In this document: positions 62,454 through 63,718 of the stretch, one piece after another
How positions within the stretch are numbered: the first letter of the stretch is position 1
Layout of the letters: every line of letters starts with the position of its first letter
Notes under the pieces: generated by a model
Databases searched by the model: none
The model's input: only the letters and a program-made list of their open reading frames with translations
What the model was told of the DNA's origin: nothing
From: Desulfobacteraceae bacterium
GTDB taxonomy: Bacteria; Desulfobacterota; Desulfobacteria; Desulfobacterales; JAABSP01
Reading direction: 5' to 3'
NCBI GenBank assembly: GCA_011390065.1
Contig: JAABTD010000007.1
Coordinates: 1-63,718, forward strand
Length of the DNA stretch: 63,718 nt
Position numbers and translations under genes: made by a program

Positions 62454-62537
62454 TCAATGTCTCCTTACGATCAAGTCTAAACCCTTTATCTCTGTATAGT
62501 CAAGCCTTTTTTCGCATTAAAGGCCCCCAAGGGCTTT

Positions 62538-63692
62538 TTACCGTTGCTCCACCTTCCCCGCCTTTCCGTCCTCCCCGCTCAGATTTAGCAGGTTGACCTC
62601 TAACTTGTCGCCGGTGGGGATGTAGTCGGCATACCATTCAATCGTAATACTAAGGTCATGGTGTCCGGCTTGTTCCATCACGTAAAGAGGTTTTGCCCCT
62701 GAACTAAAAAGCAAGCTGACATAGGTATGCCTGATGTCGTTGAAACGGATTTTCCGAAGGTCCGCCTTTTTTAAGCGCTTTTTGAACCTGTCGCGGGCGG
62801 TATTTTGGGACATGTATTTTCCGTCTTTATGGAAGATGACGGCGACGGGTCCCCCCAGGCCGCCTTCCAGCGCTTCCCGTTTGCGCCGAGTCAGCAGATC
62901 CCGAAGGACCGGTAAGAGGTCGTCGGAGATATCGACCCATCGGTTCTTTCCGTTCTTGGGCGGCCCTATTCCGTCTTTGCGCCGGCGGAAAGACTTGGAG
63001 ACCTCCAGCCGCTTTTTATGCCAGTCTATATCGGACCATTCCAGCGCCAGCAGTTCGCCAATCCGCAGGCCCGTTGAAAAGGCGGTCATATAGAAGGGGT
63101 ATTCATCCGGGAAATATTGACGGCAGGTCGAAAGGACCTGATAGACCTCCTTATGGTCGAAGGGGAACATTTTCGGCTTTTTGGACCGCTCCAGGTTCAA
63201 CCGCTTCAATATCCCGTTGCAGGGGTTGTCCTTGACCATCTCATCTTCGATTCCGTAGTTGAAAACGCCGCTGATAACATCCTTGACCACGCCGATATGA
63301 CTTTTTGAAAAGCCCCGGTTTTTGAGACCCATCAGCAGGTCCCTTACATGGCCCCTGGTGATCGCCGTCAACTCCAGATCTCCGACAACGGGGTTGATGT
63401 AGTCCCTCAGAAGCTGCCCGTATCGTTCATAGGTGGGGGGTTTGTCCTTGACCTTAATCAAATCTTCAAGCCAGATCGCCGAGTAAATCTTGAAGGGCTT
63501 TTCCGCCGGCTTGGGGTCGGCTTTCCGCCACAACCCTTCCGGGTCCCGTATCAACTCGGCTTCAAACAGCCGCTTTGCCTCTTCGGCCGCCTTCCGGTTG
63601 CCCACCTTCCGCTTGATCCGCCGTCCCTTGTGCTTGACATCGACATACCAGACCCCAGACCCCTTGTCCTTTTCCCAGATCGTAACGCCCAC
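62538..63692 (-). CDS. Phage-type tyrosine integrase
   Basis: N-terminal arm-binding domain (GVWYVDVKHKGRRIKRKVG), core-binding domain, TGLRIGELLAL, PKNG, NDIRH, GHHD and WY catalytic motifs. Confidence 0.93.
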   Translation of the reverse strand: MGVTIWEKDKGSGVWYVDVKHKGRRIKRKVGNRKAAEEAKRLFEAELIRDPEGLWRKADPKPAEKPFKIYSAIWLEDLIKVKDKPPTYERYGQLLRDYINPVVGDLELTAITRGHVRDLLMGLKNRGFSKSHIGVVKDVISGVFNYGIEDEMVKDNPCNGILKRLNLERSKKPKMFPFDHKEVYQVLSTCRQYFPDEYPFYMTAFSTGLRIGELLALEWSDIDWHKKRLEVSKSFRRRKDGIGPPKNGKNRWVDISDDLLPVLRDLLTRRKREALEGGLGGPVAVIFHKDGKYMSQNTARDRFKKRLKKADLRKIRFNDIRHTYVSLLFSSGAKPLYVMEQAGHHDLSITIEWYADYIPTGDKLEVNLLNLSGEDGKAGKVEQR

Positions 63693-63718
63693 CAGGCCCC
63701 CTTCCTTATCCCTCGATC

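Larger units (their letters stand above)
61988..63718. mobile_element. Edge of an integrative element (prophage, ICE or satellite) inserted at the tRNA-Leu 3' end
   Basis: A phage-type tyrosine integrase points toward the tRNA within about 550 nt; GGGGACA tandem repeats follow the tRNA. The other boundary is outside the window. Confidence 0.8.

Noticed and set aside
1-63718. CRISPR arrays, rRNA, IS transposases, and selenocysteine or pyrrolysine readthrough
   Set aside because: No regularly spaced repeats, rRNA motifs or transposase ORFs were seen, and the TGA/TAG stops I examined coincide with natural family ends. This was checked by eye only.

Overview
A 63.7-kb stretch of mostly core chromosome from an anaerobic deltaproteobacterium; a Desulfobacterales-like host is inferred from gene content and synteny. 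From left to right it holds: an uncharacterised beta-barrel plus surface-lipoprotein pair; a divergent YjbH / SLBB-exporter / Wzz polysaccharide-export module with no synthesis genes; namZ; two purine deaminases (ade, mtaD); grpE-dnaK; a long Alu-domain-type SRP RNA; tilS-ftsH-folP; and a PilF/Tgl-like pilotin. The pilotin converges on a pilMNOPQ operon that is extended by a 1914-aa Ig-repeat/beta-propeller lipoprotein with nested insertions. Next come a divergent histidine kinase plus sigma54 activator and a long minus-strand run (M23 peptidase, DUF39, PEPCK, AmpG, DUF6178, FmdB, Fur-FeoA fusion, feoAB, radical SAM, phosphatase, SH3, YfgM). The kdsA-kdsC-lptCAB-rpoN-hpf-ptsN-rapZ-PTS IIA-rimI-gap-tpiA-secG cluster ends at tRNA-Leu(GAG). 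Beyond it lies the edge of an integrated element with a tyrosine integrase, a small ribbon-helix-helix gene and a convergent, promoter- and terminator-delimited putative ~80-nt sRNA. The best candidates for undescribed biology are the giant lipoprotein appended to the pilus secretin operon, the sRNA/RHH cassette at the island edge and the Fur-FeoA fusion. All family calls come from motif recognition by eye, with no database searches, and several start codons were moved from the supplied ORF track.
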